From positions 186,001 through 250,000 of the IMG/VR virus record IMGVR_UViG_3300045974_000132: 64,000 nucleotides of DNA; one strand, written 5' to 3'. A model generated the notes under the pieces. The model did no database searches and was not told where the DNA came from. It was given only the letters and a program-made list of their open reading frames with translations. Shown here piece by piece: positions 45,570-54,977 of this stretch. The stretch's first letter is position 1. Every line of letters begins with the position of its first letter. A program made the position numbers and the translations under genes.

Positions 45570-45887
45570 ATGGGTGCAGTTACTGGTTTAGATTATACAC
45601 CTGTTACACGATATGAAAATACTCATACGAATGATGAACTTATAAGCCTAGCCCTTAACTCTCCTAGCGATCTTGTTAAAGAGCTTGGGCTACGTTTGCA
45701 TCTTGCACTATTAGGTGAGTACGATGATGAAGGCAATCCTAAGTCTGACGGAGAGGAAAAAGAATTCTCCGTTACTAAGGTTAAGGGTAATGTGATTACA
45801 TGTCAAGACGCAGCAACATTTCAAGTTACCTGCCCGGGTTGCTATCATCCTTTTAAACTTATTCAATCGTTAAATGAAAGAACATAA
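45570..45887 (+). CDS. hypothetical protein
   Basis: GAGG RBS; CPGC. Confidence 0.6.
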   Translation: MGAVTGLDYTPVTRYENTHTNDELISLALNSPSDLVKELGLRLHLALLGEYDDEGNPKSDGEEKEFSVTKVKGNVITCQDAATFQVTCPGCYHPFKLIQSLNERT

Positions 45888-46354
45888 TGAGTTTAGACTT
45901 TAAGGAAGTTCTTGATCTTCGCATAGCTGTGCAAGAAAAGATTAAGAATGATCCAGAGGTATCTTCGGAAGCTTTAATTCGGGACGCTATTATCTGTAGT
46001 AATACGGCTCTTGCAGGCAGTACGCCTAGATCCTGTTTGATTGAAGCGATTGCTTTACTAACAGTGGCTGTAGACCTTAATGATTATGAAAGGCATACTC
46101 CTCACCATAAGATTAAAGCTTTACTAGTCAATGGTACTAAGCACGGTGAGATTGTTGAAGTCTCCCCTGAAATAAGTATGCACCTTGCTGATGATAGTAA
46201 AGAAATCTATACTCGACATAGCCATACTGAAAAGGATGGTCACTACTATCTAGTACTGGTGTTGGAACTGTCTTTAGTCTCTGTGCATCTGATAAGTATA
46301 GAAGAAAACATTGCACATGCTAAATCTAAAATGAAGTTAGGAGTATCTGCATGA
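45887..46354 (+). CDS. hypothetical protein
   Basis: coupled. Confidence 0.6.
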   Translation: MSLDFKEVLDLRIAVQEKIKNDPEVSSEALIRDAIICSNTALAGSTPRSCLIEAIALLTVAVDLNDYERHTPHHKIKALLVNGTKHGEIVEVSPEISMHLADDSKEIYTRHSHTEKDGHYYLVLVLELSLVSVHLISIEENIAHAKSKMKLGVSA

Positions 46355-47106
46355 AACTACTATTAGTCGGTGGGTCTTGTCATGGCTCCACCCATGATGT
46401 TGCATCCCCTTATTCTGCTTTTTATGCACTTAAGGGCTGTGCTTACAAAGTTACTCCTGAAACGATCACTGTAGAAGAACGTAAGCAGAAAGTAACCGTT
46501 GCTATCTATGAAGGTTGCAGCGACCTTGAAACTTGGGAATTATCTGAGCGCATACTAAATGCTATTCACCTGTATGCTGCTAAGGCTGTAGAACAGATAG
46601 GTGAGGAAGGCGTACAAAGTGTTAAGTGTGTACCCGGTCTTTCTGGACCCAATATTCCAAATATCGTCGGTGAAGCTGCTGACAAGGTACCCGGTGCAGA
46701 CAAACGTACTGTTGCTGGCGTAGTAGGCCGCTTGCTAGAAGAAGCTGTTGAACTAGCTCTTGAAGCAGGACTTCCTACAGGTGAGATATATGCACATGTT
46801 ACAGACAGTATCTATAATCAGTATGTCAAAGCTTCAAAAGTAACAGGTAGTATCATCTACCCTTCTACTAAGCTTGACGATGATCCTTGGGCGTTCCGAG
46901 CAGAAGTCGCGGGTGAAATAGGTGACGTTGCTGTGATGCTTATGGATGTAGCACACCGTGCCGGAATTGACTATGAAGCAGCACGCCAAGCAAAGATACA
47001 GTCCTTCATTACTAAGGTAGACGAGGGCAAGTTCTATGCCAATGATAAAGGCTTGCTGTACGTTCGTAAACCGCACATGGATTTTAAGAACAATGGAACT
47101 GAATAG
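46351..47106 (+). CDS. protein with a C-terminal MazG-like (all-alpha NTP-PPase) domain
   Basis: RLLEEAVELA...GEIGDV. Confidence 0.6.
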   Translation: MKLLLVGGSCHGSTHDVASPYSAFYALKGCAYKVTPETITVEERKQKVTVAIYEGCSDLETWELSERILNAIHLYAAKAVEQIGEEGVQSVKCVPGLSGPNIPNIVGEAADKVPGADKRTVAGVVGRLLEEAVELALEAGLPTGEIYAHVTDSIYNQYVKASKVTGSIIYPSTKLDDDPWAFRAEVAGEIGDVAVMLMDVAHRAGIDYEAARQAKIQSFITKVDEGKFYANDKGLLYVRKPHMDFKNNGTE

Positions 47107-47302
47107 CAACCTACAAGAAATTGTTGAACACCATGTTCACGTAGATAGAGAAGGTGTCATTCATAAGTGCTACCACCAATGTCGCAGACTAATGACTGAC
47201 CCTTCTTTTTGGGTAGGCTTAACTATAGGTTTTCCTTTTGAACATCTGCTTTGGGAAAAGGTATGGCCCTTTAAACTGCTTACTGCTTTAATGGGCCTAT
47301 AA
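47093..47302 (+). CDS. small membrane-type hypothetical protein (probable start MELN)
   Basis: hydrophobic C-terminal half. Confidence 0.5.
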   Translation: MELNSNLQEIVEHHVHVDREGVIHKCYHQCRRLMTDPSFWVGLTIGFPFEHLLWEKVWPFKLLTALMGL

Positions 47303-47313
47303 GTGTAAAAGAC

Positions 47314-47814
47314 ATGAATAAAGAATCTCAGAAGGTGAATGTGCAAGAGTTAATGAAGCAGGTAGATGCTTCTATTGCAGCCTCTAAAGTATTTGACTAT
47401 AAAGGCTTAGCTGATGGTGTTACAAAGGCTACTTTCAATTTTTTTGCCGACTTAAGGGATCGAGGTGTTATCACCTCTTTTGCCGTTTCTGATGCAAAAG
47501 TAGTACGTCACACTTGGACAACATTGTATCCTAATTTGCTAAAGCGCCTTCTAGCTTGGATTGCTTATGACTTAGGCTTAGGCGATGAAACAACACCTAG
47601 GTGGTATCATCGTGTTCTACCTTACACTGTTATTAAAGCTATCGTAGTAAATCAAGAATACTTCGATACTGATACACCTAAAGAAGAAGTGTATTGGTAT
47701 ATTAATGAAATATATGAGGCTACGATTAAGTATCCTCATGAAACAATCTGTCAAGACATAGCGGTAGCTCCTGTAACTCCTATAGAGCGTATCTGCATAA
47801 CACTTAAAGCTTAG
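47314..47814 (+). CDS. protein resembling the tail-sheath C-terminal domain with an RWYHxxLPY insertion
   Basis: FFADLRDRGVITSFAV and DIAVAPVTPIERICITL ends. Confidence 0.55.
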   Translation: MNKESQKVNVQELMKQVDASIAASKVFDYKGLADGVTKATFNFFADLRDRGVITSFAVSDAKVVRHTWTTLYPNLLKRLLAWIAYDLGLGDETTPRWYHRVLPYTVIKAIVVNQEYFDTDTPKEEVYWYINEIYEATIKYPHETICQDIAVAPVTPIERICITLKA

Positions 47815-47825
47815 GGCATAACATA

Positions 47826-48941
47826 ATGGAATCCACTTCACTAGCAGTCAAGTATCGTCCTAAGACTCTAAATGGGCTGATAGGACAAGACCATATTATC
47901 TCTGCTGTTACAGGCATGCTGAAGACTAAGAAAATGCCTTCTGCTATCATGTTGTATGGTCCAACAGGTTTGGGTAAGACAACTACTGCCCGCATCATTG
48001 TTCGCTACTTGAACTGTGCAAACCCAAATCCTGAAACATATGCTCCTTGCGGCGAATGTCAAAGCTGCAAGATGAAAGAACACCCAGACGTTATGGAACT
48101 CAACGCTGCTGACTCTCGCGGTATTGATGACGTTCGTAATCTTATCAACTTGGCTAAGAACATGCCTACGTTTGGTAAGAAACGTTTTATGATTATCGAC
48201 GAAGCACAGCAGCTTCCTACTTTGTCACAACAAGCTTTGCTGAAACCTATCGAGGAGCCACCTAAAGATACAATCTGGATCATTTGTACGATGACTCCAG
48301 AGAAGATGCTTCCTGCTATTGCAAAGCGTTGTACTAGATTGCAAGTTAAGCCTGTTGAGGCGCAAGTATTGGTGAAGCGCCTTTGGCAAATCGGCAAGCG
48401 TGAAGGTGTAGATTTTAAAACAATTGAAAACGGTACTAAGGTACTTAAAACAATTGCTGATTTCTCTAACGGTGGGGTACGTGATGCTATCTCTGCTTTA
48501 GAACCTATTATCTATGCTGTACAGAGCGGAGAAAATGTAGATCCTAATACCGTATTATCTAACTTCCTCGCAAGCCCTGAAGCGGAACTAGATAAGCAAG
48601 CTGTGAATGTCCTTATCGCTGTATTCAAGAATGATCTGAAACTTTTGTTAGAACAAACGCAGGTGTCAGATAATATTCGAGGCATTCTTAATAAGCTTCG
48701 CTGGTTGATCGACTACCTTCTGTCTAACAGTATAGGTAAAGCAAAGTTCATTCCTTATAGCGGGCGTCTATTTGCTAAAGAGTCTAAAGCTTACAGTATA
48801 AAGGTAACACTTGCTACCCTTATCAGCCTTCAGAGTCTTCTGGTAGATATTGAAGTTCGCTTAAATAGCTTCAGCCTTGAGGAGCGCGTTGTCTTTACTG
48901 CGATGGTAGGAGAACTCATTAATAACAGGGCTTCAAAATGA
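47826..48941 (+). CDS. dnaX: clamp loader subunit, DNA Pol III gamma/tau-like
   Basis: LAVKYRP, GPTGLGKTT, CGECQSC, IIDEA, LLKPIEEPP, RC. Confidence 0.9.
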   Translation: MESTSLAVKYRPKTLNGLIGQDHIISAVTGMLKTKKMPSAIMLYGPTGLGKTTTARIIVRYLNCANPNPETYAPCGECQSCKMKEHPDVMELNAADSRGIDDVRNLINLAKNMPTFGKKRFMIIDEAQQLPTLSQQALLKPIEEPPKDTIWIICTMTPEKMLPAIAKRCTRLQVKPVEAQVLVKRLWQIGKREGVDFKTIENGTKVLKTIADFSNGGVRDAISALEPIIYAVQSGENVDPNTVLSNFLASPEAELDKQAVNVLIAVFKNDLKLLLEQTQVSDNIRGILNKLRWLIDYLLSNSIGKAKFIPYSGRLFAKESKAYSIKVTLATLISLQSLLVDIEVRLNSFSLEERVVFTAMVGELINNRASK

Positions 48942-49156
48942 AGTATGTCTTAATCCTATTTATCTTTCTGGCCGGATGCGCTAATGAAGACTGGCAAGAA
49001 ACACGTAAAAATAATCTTGATAAGGTGAAAGCGTCGTGTGCTAGTTCTGGTGGACAACTAACTATCACTTATGAAGTATCGACCTTTACTTCATCTATTC
49101 GTGTTACCTGTTCCTATCCTTCACAGCTTGACCCTAACTTGGACTTACAACAATGA
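48938..49156 (+). CDS. small lipoprotein
   Basis: lipobox LAGC. Confidence 0.7.
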   Translation: MKYVLILFIFLAGCANEDWQETRKNNLDKVKASCASSGGQLTITYEVSTFTSSIRVTCSYPSQLDPNLDLQQ

Positions 49157-49635
49157 AACATCTTACACAAACTCAACTGGTCAATCGAATCTCTGCTCTA
49201 ATCAAAGGTCAGCTTGCTTCAGATTGTGTTAATGCACTACTGATGAATGCTACCAGTATCTTTGAGAACTGTGGTCACAACCTGCTCAAGATTTCTATTG
49301 CTGGCACTATGACGACCCTAACAGGCCGTTTGACTCAGCACCTTGTAACTGAAAAAGCTTTTTCTCTCAATGCTGAACTGCAACAATTGCTGGAAGACAT
49401 TGTAGAGAATGGGCCGATCAATACTGTTGGCCATCCTGTCGATTCTGACAACTTGGTGAAAGCAGGTTTGCTTGTGCGTATCGTTAATCAAGGTATGCCG
49501 ACATTCATTGCTGCTACGCCTAATGGTCTTGCTCTATACCTTAGTTGGTATAGTGTATCTACTATTGAAGAAGCTAAGGCTAAGAAAGCAGCGCCTACAG
49601 AAAATCCGCTTCAGCCTAGCTTGGTTGAGAGTTAA
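49153..49635 (+). CDS. hypothetical protein
   Basis: coupled. Confidence 0.6.
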   Translation: MKHLTQTQLVNRISALIKGQLASDCVNALLMNATSIFENCGHNLLKISIAGTMTTLTGRLTQHLVTEKAFSLNAELQQLLEDIVENGPINTVGHPVDSDNLVKAGLLVRIVNQGMPTFIAATPNGLALYLSWYSVSTIEEAKAKKAAPTENPLQPSLVES

Positions 49636-49637
49636 AC

Positions 49638-50060
49638 ATGTTTTCAGAACAGTTCCTTAAAGAACTTAGGCATGCTATAGCCAGTGTAAGAACTTCTAGG
49701 TTTTCTGTTCCTATTAGTGTCCAACTACTCGCAAACATGCGAAGGTCTATCACTGATAAAAATATACCTGTTACGCATATCGTATGCGGTTCAGATGTAT
49801 GGCCTATACTGTCTTCAGATGACACACTGCGTGCCCTGATTATACCTACTGAAAACATAGAGCAGGTTAATATAGGCTTCGTTGCAACAGTCTTTGCGCT
49901 ACCCATAATCTGCGAAGGTGCGCTACCTAAGCTTAAACGATTTTTAAAGCCGAATACTCTTGCTGTTGCAGCCCTGGATACTACACATAAGAATACTTGG
50001 CATACTAAATTTCCAGAGCTTAGTGTCTTAGATGCAGTAGCCTCTTCTATCAGCCGTTAA
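49638..50060 (+). CDS. hypothetical protein, paralogue of 50112-50705; possible major-capsid A-domain-like fragment
   Basis: shared PIS..L..NMR.SI...THI..G.D...G...T..L.......KR.L pattern. Confidence 0.6.
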   Translation: MFSEQFLKELRHAIASVRTSRFSVPISVQLLANMRRSITDKNIPVTHIVCGSDVWPILSSDDTLRALIIPTENIEQVNIGFVATVFALPIICEGALPKLKRFLKPNTLAVAALDTTHKNTWHTKFPELSVLDAVASSISR

Positions 50061-50111
50061 TTAAAAACTTCTGTTTAATGTTCTTCAATCAACTGAGTTT
50101 AAGGATGTATA

Positions 50112-50705
50112 ATGAATAAACAAGCATTGGAAACCTTAGAAGCACTGCATAAAGATATGGGTAAACAGATAGAAACTTTGCTGCAGGATATTAAGCGTTC
50201 TGTTCCTCTTTCACCCGAACTAAAAGAGTTCCTTACTGAGTGGGCCGCTGGTCGTACACCTGTAGCCCCGATTGATGACCAGCCCCCTACTTACTCAAAA
50301 GAATTTCTTTTGCAAGTTCGTGAGTTGGCTTTGCATGAGTCTTCAGAGGTGCGCTTTATTACACCTATTAGTGCGGGTCTTATTTCCAACATGCGTAGCT
50401 CCATCAGCAAGGGTTGCTCTTTCACACCTACGCACATACTAGCAGGCAATGACTTTTTTAAGTTGATGTTTTCAGAATACACTTTAAGCAAACTGTTCGA
50501 TCCGATTACTCGTTATACCGATGTTATATCTGGTTACTTGGGTACTCTGATTGGTCTAGATGTTCTCATTGACTCTTACGACTCTCCGGAGAAACGAATT
50601 CTTCCCAATGGGTTTTTAGCAGTTGTTTCTATAGAAACTTATAAGAACGATGACGGTTCTATCTACCTTAAAATGCACCGCTGCGTTAATGCGTTAATCT
50701 CATAA
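50112..50705 (+). CDS. hypothetical protein, paralogue of 49638-50060; possible major-capsid A-domain-like fragment
   Basis: LFDPITR..VISGYLGTLIGLDVLIDSY...KRIL. Confidence 0.6.
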   Translation: MNKQALETLEALHKDMGKQIETLLQDIKRSVPLSPELKEFLTEWAAGRTPVAPIDDQPPTYSKEFLLQVRELALHESSEVRFITPISAGLISNMRSSISKGCSFTPTHILAGNDFFKLMFSEYTLSKLFDPITRYTDVISGYLGTLIGLDVLIDSYDSPEKRILPNGFLAVVSIETYKNDDGSIYLKMHRCVNALIS

Positions 50706-50727
50706 TTAAAAGCTACAAGGTTGGAAT

Positions 50728-53106
50728 ATGCTTACCATCAGCGGATTAGACTTGAACGACGTTATCTCCTTCAAGAAAGTATCTGTAGACTTTAAAGAAG
50801 GCCTTACATATGTTCGAGGTATTAACAAAGACTCTGATCTAGCTCGCCCTACAGGTAACGGTACAGGTAAGTCATTGTTCTTCTCTGCAATACCTAATGT
50901 TGTCTATGCTGCACCTCCTCTTGCTTTACGTAAGAAGTCGCGTAAAGACTTGCTTGGGCGTAAGGGTAGTAACATCGGATTTATTCTTAGACCTAGTGCA
51001 GATAGTCCTGAGTATGAGATTATTCAGACAGGCAGCAAATACACAATCTTTGAAGATGGAAAAGACTTAGAGGTAAATACAATTCCTCGATCTGAAGCTT
51101 TCATCAAGAAGCTATTCCCTATTTCTGAGATTGACTTCTACAGTAGGTGCTATGTATCAACACAGAAGCCCTACGCTTTACTGCGTGATTCTGATTCCGA
51201 TCGGCTTCAGCATATAATTGATATTGCTCTCCTAGATCAGTATAGCGACCTGCAAAAGTTCTTCTCCTTGAAAGCAAGTGCAATTAAGGATAATGAAATT
51301 AGGCTGTCAGTGCTGGAGCAGCAACTAGCAGGTGTTAAGAAGAAACTTCGTGAGTCTAAGTCTGACATTACGAAGGTAGAGTATCGCAAGTTGAAGACCC
51401 AGTATGATGGGTATGCTGAGAAAATTGAAAAGCTCCAATCTAATAAGTTTAAGCTACTCACCCAACAACAAGCTCTCCAGTCATTGCTTACTGTCGAGAA
51501 AGAGTTGGACGAACTTCGTAGCAAATACACCTTTAAAGCACCGCCTTCTAAACAGTTGAAAGCTTTACGTGCAGATAAAGATGCAGCTAGTGAATGGGAA
51601 ACTTATGTTGCAGAAGTAGCTAAGGCTTCTAAGTCCCAGCAACGCTTACGCCTTGCAATAAAGAAGATTGAAAAATCTCTGCCGGAAGAGGCTACCGAGG
51701 GCTTGAGCAAACGTGCTAAGACCTTGAACAAAGAATTGAATACCGTGACTTCCGAAATTGCTAAAATGGAAGGCATTGAAACGCAAGTTGAAGAACTGCG
51801 TGAGGAACAAACAAGCTTACAAGAAGAGTTCGATGGGCTTGAAGTAGATGAAAGTAAAGTAGTCCTTGAGAAGGACTACGGTGAGTTTATTGCTGAGGCA
51901 AAGATTCGTCTAAAGTTGGAGGCTTTGTTAGAGCATGAAGATAGCCATGCTTCATCCGGGACTTGCCCTACTTGCCAAGCTGAGATTGACTATGACGCCA
52001 TTCGGAGTATTGTTAGAGGTGAACGTAAGGCTTTAAACATTGCTGTAAAGAACAAGAAGGCTCAGCAATGTTTAATCGCTCTTAAGGATGTTAAACGGAA
52101 ACTTGCAAAGCTTTCCTTTGATGCCCCTGAACTTAAAGCACTCCGCACTAAAAAGAAGCAACTCGCAAAGGATGTTGAGACCGTTGAAGAGAACTTGGAT
52201 AAGTTTGAGGAGTTGTCTTCCCTTCGCAATCAACTACGCGCAATTGAAATACCGGTTGAACCCGAGTGCGAGAAGCCTGCCCTAGATTTATCCGATATTG
52301 AAGAGGGCATTGATCTTTGCCATGAGATTGAAAAACATCTAAAGGCTAAGGCTGCAATCATTGAAAATCATTCCGACTTTGAATCCTTTCGTAGTGCCAA
52401 GGCTGTTTCTACGGAGAATACAAAGGTAGGAGAACAGATAGCAAAGATTTCCAAGGAGATACGTACCCTAGAATCTGCTCAGGCTGACTGTGCCGGTAAG
52501 GTTTCTTCCTATGAGCAATATGCCAATACTGTAAAAATATATCAAGGGGAGCAAGAAACTACCCAAGCTGAGATTGATAAGCTCCGTCCTTCCGTGGATG
52601 ATAAGAAGCTAGTTACAATCCTTAGCAAAGCTTACGGCACTAAAGGCTTGCGGGCTTATGCTGCAAATGCCTTTTGCAACCTCTTGCAAACCAACTTAAA
52701 TCACTATCGGGATTTGATCTTTGCAGAGCCCTTTGAATTTAGTGTAGAGGCATCGGATTCGGGCGTTTCTATAATGGTTGATCGTAATAACGGTAAGCCG
52801 GATGCTGTATCAGATGTACGCCATTTATCGGGTGCAGAGTCTGAGTGTTTTGCTCTGCTTTGCGCTGCCTCACTGATAACACTGACGCCTGATAGTCGCA
52901 AGTTAAATATGATCGTGCTGGATGAGCCTACCTCACACATGCACCAAGTTACACGGGAACTTTTTAATCAGAAGTTCGTACCGTTTCTACGTGAGCTAGT
53001 TCCTTCTATCTTTATTATTACACCGCACGACGATGACTGTAGCCCCAATAGTGCTGAATGGGTCGTCGAAAAGAGCAAAGGTGTATCACGACTAATTCAA
53101 ATGTGA
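50728..53106 (+). CDS. SbcC/Rad50 (gp46-like) SMC ATPase
   Basis: NGTGKS, coiled coils with CPTC hook, LSGAE signature, VLDEP. Confidence 0.92.
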   Translation: MLTISGLDLNDVISFKKVSVDFKEGLTYVRGINKDSDLARPTGNGTGKSLFFSAIPNVVYAAPPLALRKKSRKDLLGRKGSNIGFILRPSADSPEYEIIQTGSKYTIFEDGKDLEVNTIPRSEAFIKKLFPISEIDFYSRCYVSTQKPYALLRDSDSDRLQHIIDIALLDQYSDLQKFFSLKASAIKDNEIRLSVLEQQLAGVKKKLRESKSDITKVEYRKLKTQYDGYAEKIEKLQSNKFKLLTQQQALQSLLTVEKELDELRSKYTFKAPPSKQLKALRADKDAASEWETYVAEVAKASKSQQRLRLAIKKIEKSLPEEATEGLSKRAKTLNKELNTVTSEIAKMEGIETQVEELREEQTSLQEEFDGLEVDESKVVLEKDYGEFIAEAKIRLKLEALLEHEDSHASSGTCPTCQAEIDYDAIRSIVRGERKALNIAVKNKKAQQCLIALKDVKRKLAKLSFDAPELKALRTKKKQLAKDVETVEENLDKFEELSSLRNQLRAIEIPVEPECEKPALDLSDIEEGIDLCHEIEKHLKAKAAIIENHSDFESFRSAKAVSTENTKVGEQIAKISKEIRTLESAQADCAGKVSSYEQYANTVKIYQGEQETTQAEIDKLRPSVDDKKLVTILSKAYGTKGLRAYAANAFCNLLQTNLNHYRDLIFAEPFEFSVEASDSGVSIMVDRNNGKPDAVSDVRHLSGAESECFALLCAASLITLTPDSRKLNMIVLDEPTSHMHQVTRELFNQKFVPFLRELVPSIFIITPHDDDCSPNSAEWVVEKSKGVSRLIQM

Positions 53107-53113
53107 GAATCAA

Positions 53114-53938
53114 ATGGTCAGAGTATTCGGTGTTGCAAATCATTCGCCTGAAGCAGTAATCCGCGCCTTAATTAAATTCAAACGTGCGGGAACTCCTGAT
53201 ATAGGTATTCTACCTGTTCAGAATATTCTGTCAATTAAGAAGCCCGTTAAGCACACCTTTCTTTTGTTCTTGACGGTAGCTGACTTGATGCGTAATTTGG
53301 AGGTATTAAATTCTCCTAAGTACGAAGGCTGTAGTGCTATTGTATTTGCCAATCCTATGAAGCTACATGAATTGGTAGGATTGCAACCCTTAGACTTTGC
53401 ACCTAATCCTGAGTTTAAAGGCTTCGGCTTTACTCTAAGAACTCTCGATATGAATAAGATTCGCACCTTCAAAGGTAGTGAGACTATTGAACGGCGTTCT
53501 GGTAAGTATCTTGCGAAGCTTGTTGAACATGTTCAGCAGGGTAGCTTACTAAATCCGTTTATGACTTTCATCTATACTCTACCTTCAGTAATGCAAGGGC
53601 CAACTAAGACAGCCGTACTTCGCTGGCTGTTTACTGGAAAGTCGGATACATATCTTACTAAAGCTCTTGACGGTATTGAGCAAGGGACAGTTACTGCGCG
53701 TGTTCGGACTAAGTTGAAAGACATACTTCTAACGGAAGTTGGTCGTTCTTTCCAAGTGGCTTTTAAAGCCTACAGGGAATCCAAGAAAGCAGGGAGCGTT
53801 AATATAACAAAACTGGCTAAAGCCCATAGCGTGTCTGACTACGAAATGCGTTACATCCTTTCTGTTATTGAGAATGTTAAACGCTCTGATCTGTATGTGG
53901 ACAGCTTCGATAAAGCCAAGAACAGAAAGCGAGCCTAA
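53114..53938 (+). CDS. hypothetical protein
   Basis: 274 aa ORF directly after SbcC. Confidence 0.7.
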   Translation: MVRVFGVANHSPEAVIRALIKFKRAGTPDIGILPVQNILSIKKPVKHTFLLFLTVADLMRNLEVLNSPKYEGCSAIVFANPMKLHELVGLQPLDFAPNPEFKGFGFTLRTLDMNKIRTFKGSETIERRSGKYLAKLVEHVQQGSLLNPFMTFIYTLPSVMQGPTKTAVLRWLFTGKSDTYLTKALDGIEQGTVTARVRTKLKDILLTEVGRSFQVAFKAYRESKKAGSVNITKLAKAHSVSDYEMRYILSVIENVKRSDLYVDSFDKAKNRKRA

Positions 53939-53940
53939 TC

Positions 53941-54384
53941 ATGTCCTCAGATGACACTGAGGTTTCCAGAATTCTGATAAATCTAGGTGGTGAATTTTCG
54001 CTAGGTGACGGACGGGTTGGTACAGTGGTAAGTTCCCCCGAATTGTCTGAGCTTAATTCATTCCTGGGTGTCCTTAAGGAATCACTGGAACCGACAAACG
54101 GTTTTGAAACGTTATTTGCAAAACTCGGTAAGAAGTTTCGTAAGCAAAAAGGAAGTATTCTTGAGATTCGGACTACTTCGGATGGGAAAGAACTCACCCA
54201 TTCATTCAGTCTGTCTAATCAGGAAAATTTGACTTATGAAGAAACGGATGAATTGCTGACAAAAGCAGGGTGGTCTTTAGACTGCTGGCATCCGTTGGAA
54301 ATCAGTTGTGCTGAAGGGACGGGATCAGTAGCTACAGGGCACGCAGCTAAACTCCTAATTAAACACCTTCAGCAAACCCTATGA
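53941..54384 (+). CDS. hypothetical protein
   Basis: packed ORF. Confidence 0.55.
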   Translation: MSSDDTEVSRILINLGGEFSLGDGRVGTVVSSPELSELNSFLGVLKESLEPTNGFETLFAKLGKKFRKQKGSILEIRTTSDGKELTHSFSLSNQENLTYEETDELLTKAGWSLDCWHPLEISCAEGTGSVATGHAAKLLIKHLQQTL

Positions 54385-54429
54385 CAATCGTATTGCTAGA
54401 GGGTCTGAAAACTACGCAAAATCGAGGGC

Positions 54430-54458
54430 TTGACAAAGTTCTTGATTTATGCTATAAT
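54430..54458 (+). promoter_or_regulatory. consensus sigma70 (early) promoter TTGACA-N17-TATAAT with extended -10 TG
   Basis: TTGACAaagttcttgatttatgcTATAAT. Confidence 0.9.
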
Positions 54459-54554
54459 ACGTATACGCGCGAAGCTGTGCGCGAAGAATGATTATTGAAT
54501 ACTGCTCGAATGAGTATGAGCGTGTTTTGTCGAACCTGTACGACGGAGCCAAAA

Positions 54555-54932
54555 ATGCAAGCCCAAGTCCAAAGCCTGATTAGTACCGTGAACCTTTCCT
54601 CAATCGTTCCCGAAGAAGATTGCACCCTCTGCACTCTTGTAAGCCTGCTCAAGCAGGTTGAACTGTCTGACGAAGTAGATCAAGCCGAAATCTTTGAAGA
54701 GGACGGCTGCCGCTACCTTACGAACGGCCAGTTCGATGAAATCCCTCCTTTGATTCAACGCATTCTTTCTCTTGCAGATGACCTCCTCATTACGAGTGAC
54801 GGTGGTTGCAACTATGCTTCCCATAGCTACCTTCGTGGCTTTGGCTTTAACGTCACGCCTGGTGAGAAAGATTCGTTCGGGTGGCTCACAGGTTGTATTC
54901 ATACAAAGAAGGGTATCATCGTTTACGGCTAA
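54555..54932 (+). CDS. hypothetical protein (probable start MQAQV)
   Basis: GGAG RBS; GEKDSFGWLTG C-terminal motif. Confidence 0.65.
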   Translation: MQAQVQSLISTVNLSSIVPEEDCTLCTLVSLLKQVELSDEVDQAEIFEEDGCRYLTNGQFDEIPPLIQRILSLADDLLITSDGGCNYASHSYLRGFGFNVTPGEKDSFGWLTGCIHTKKGIIVYG

Positions 54933-54977
54933 GCATAAACCTGTTTAGCCCATTTTATTTATACGTCGAGGTCAATC

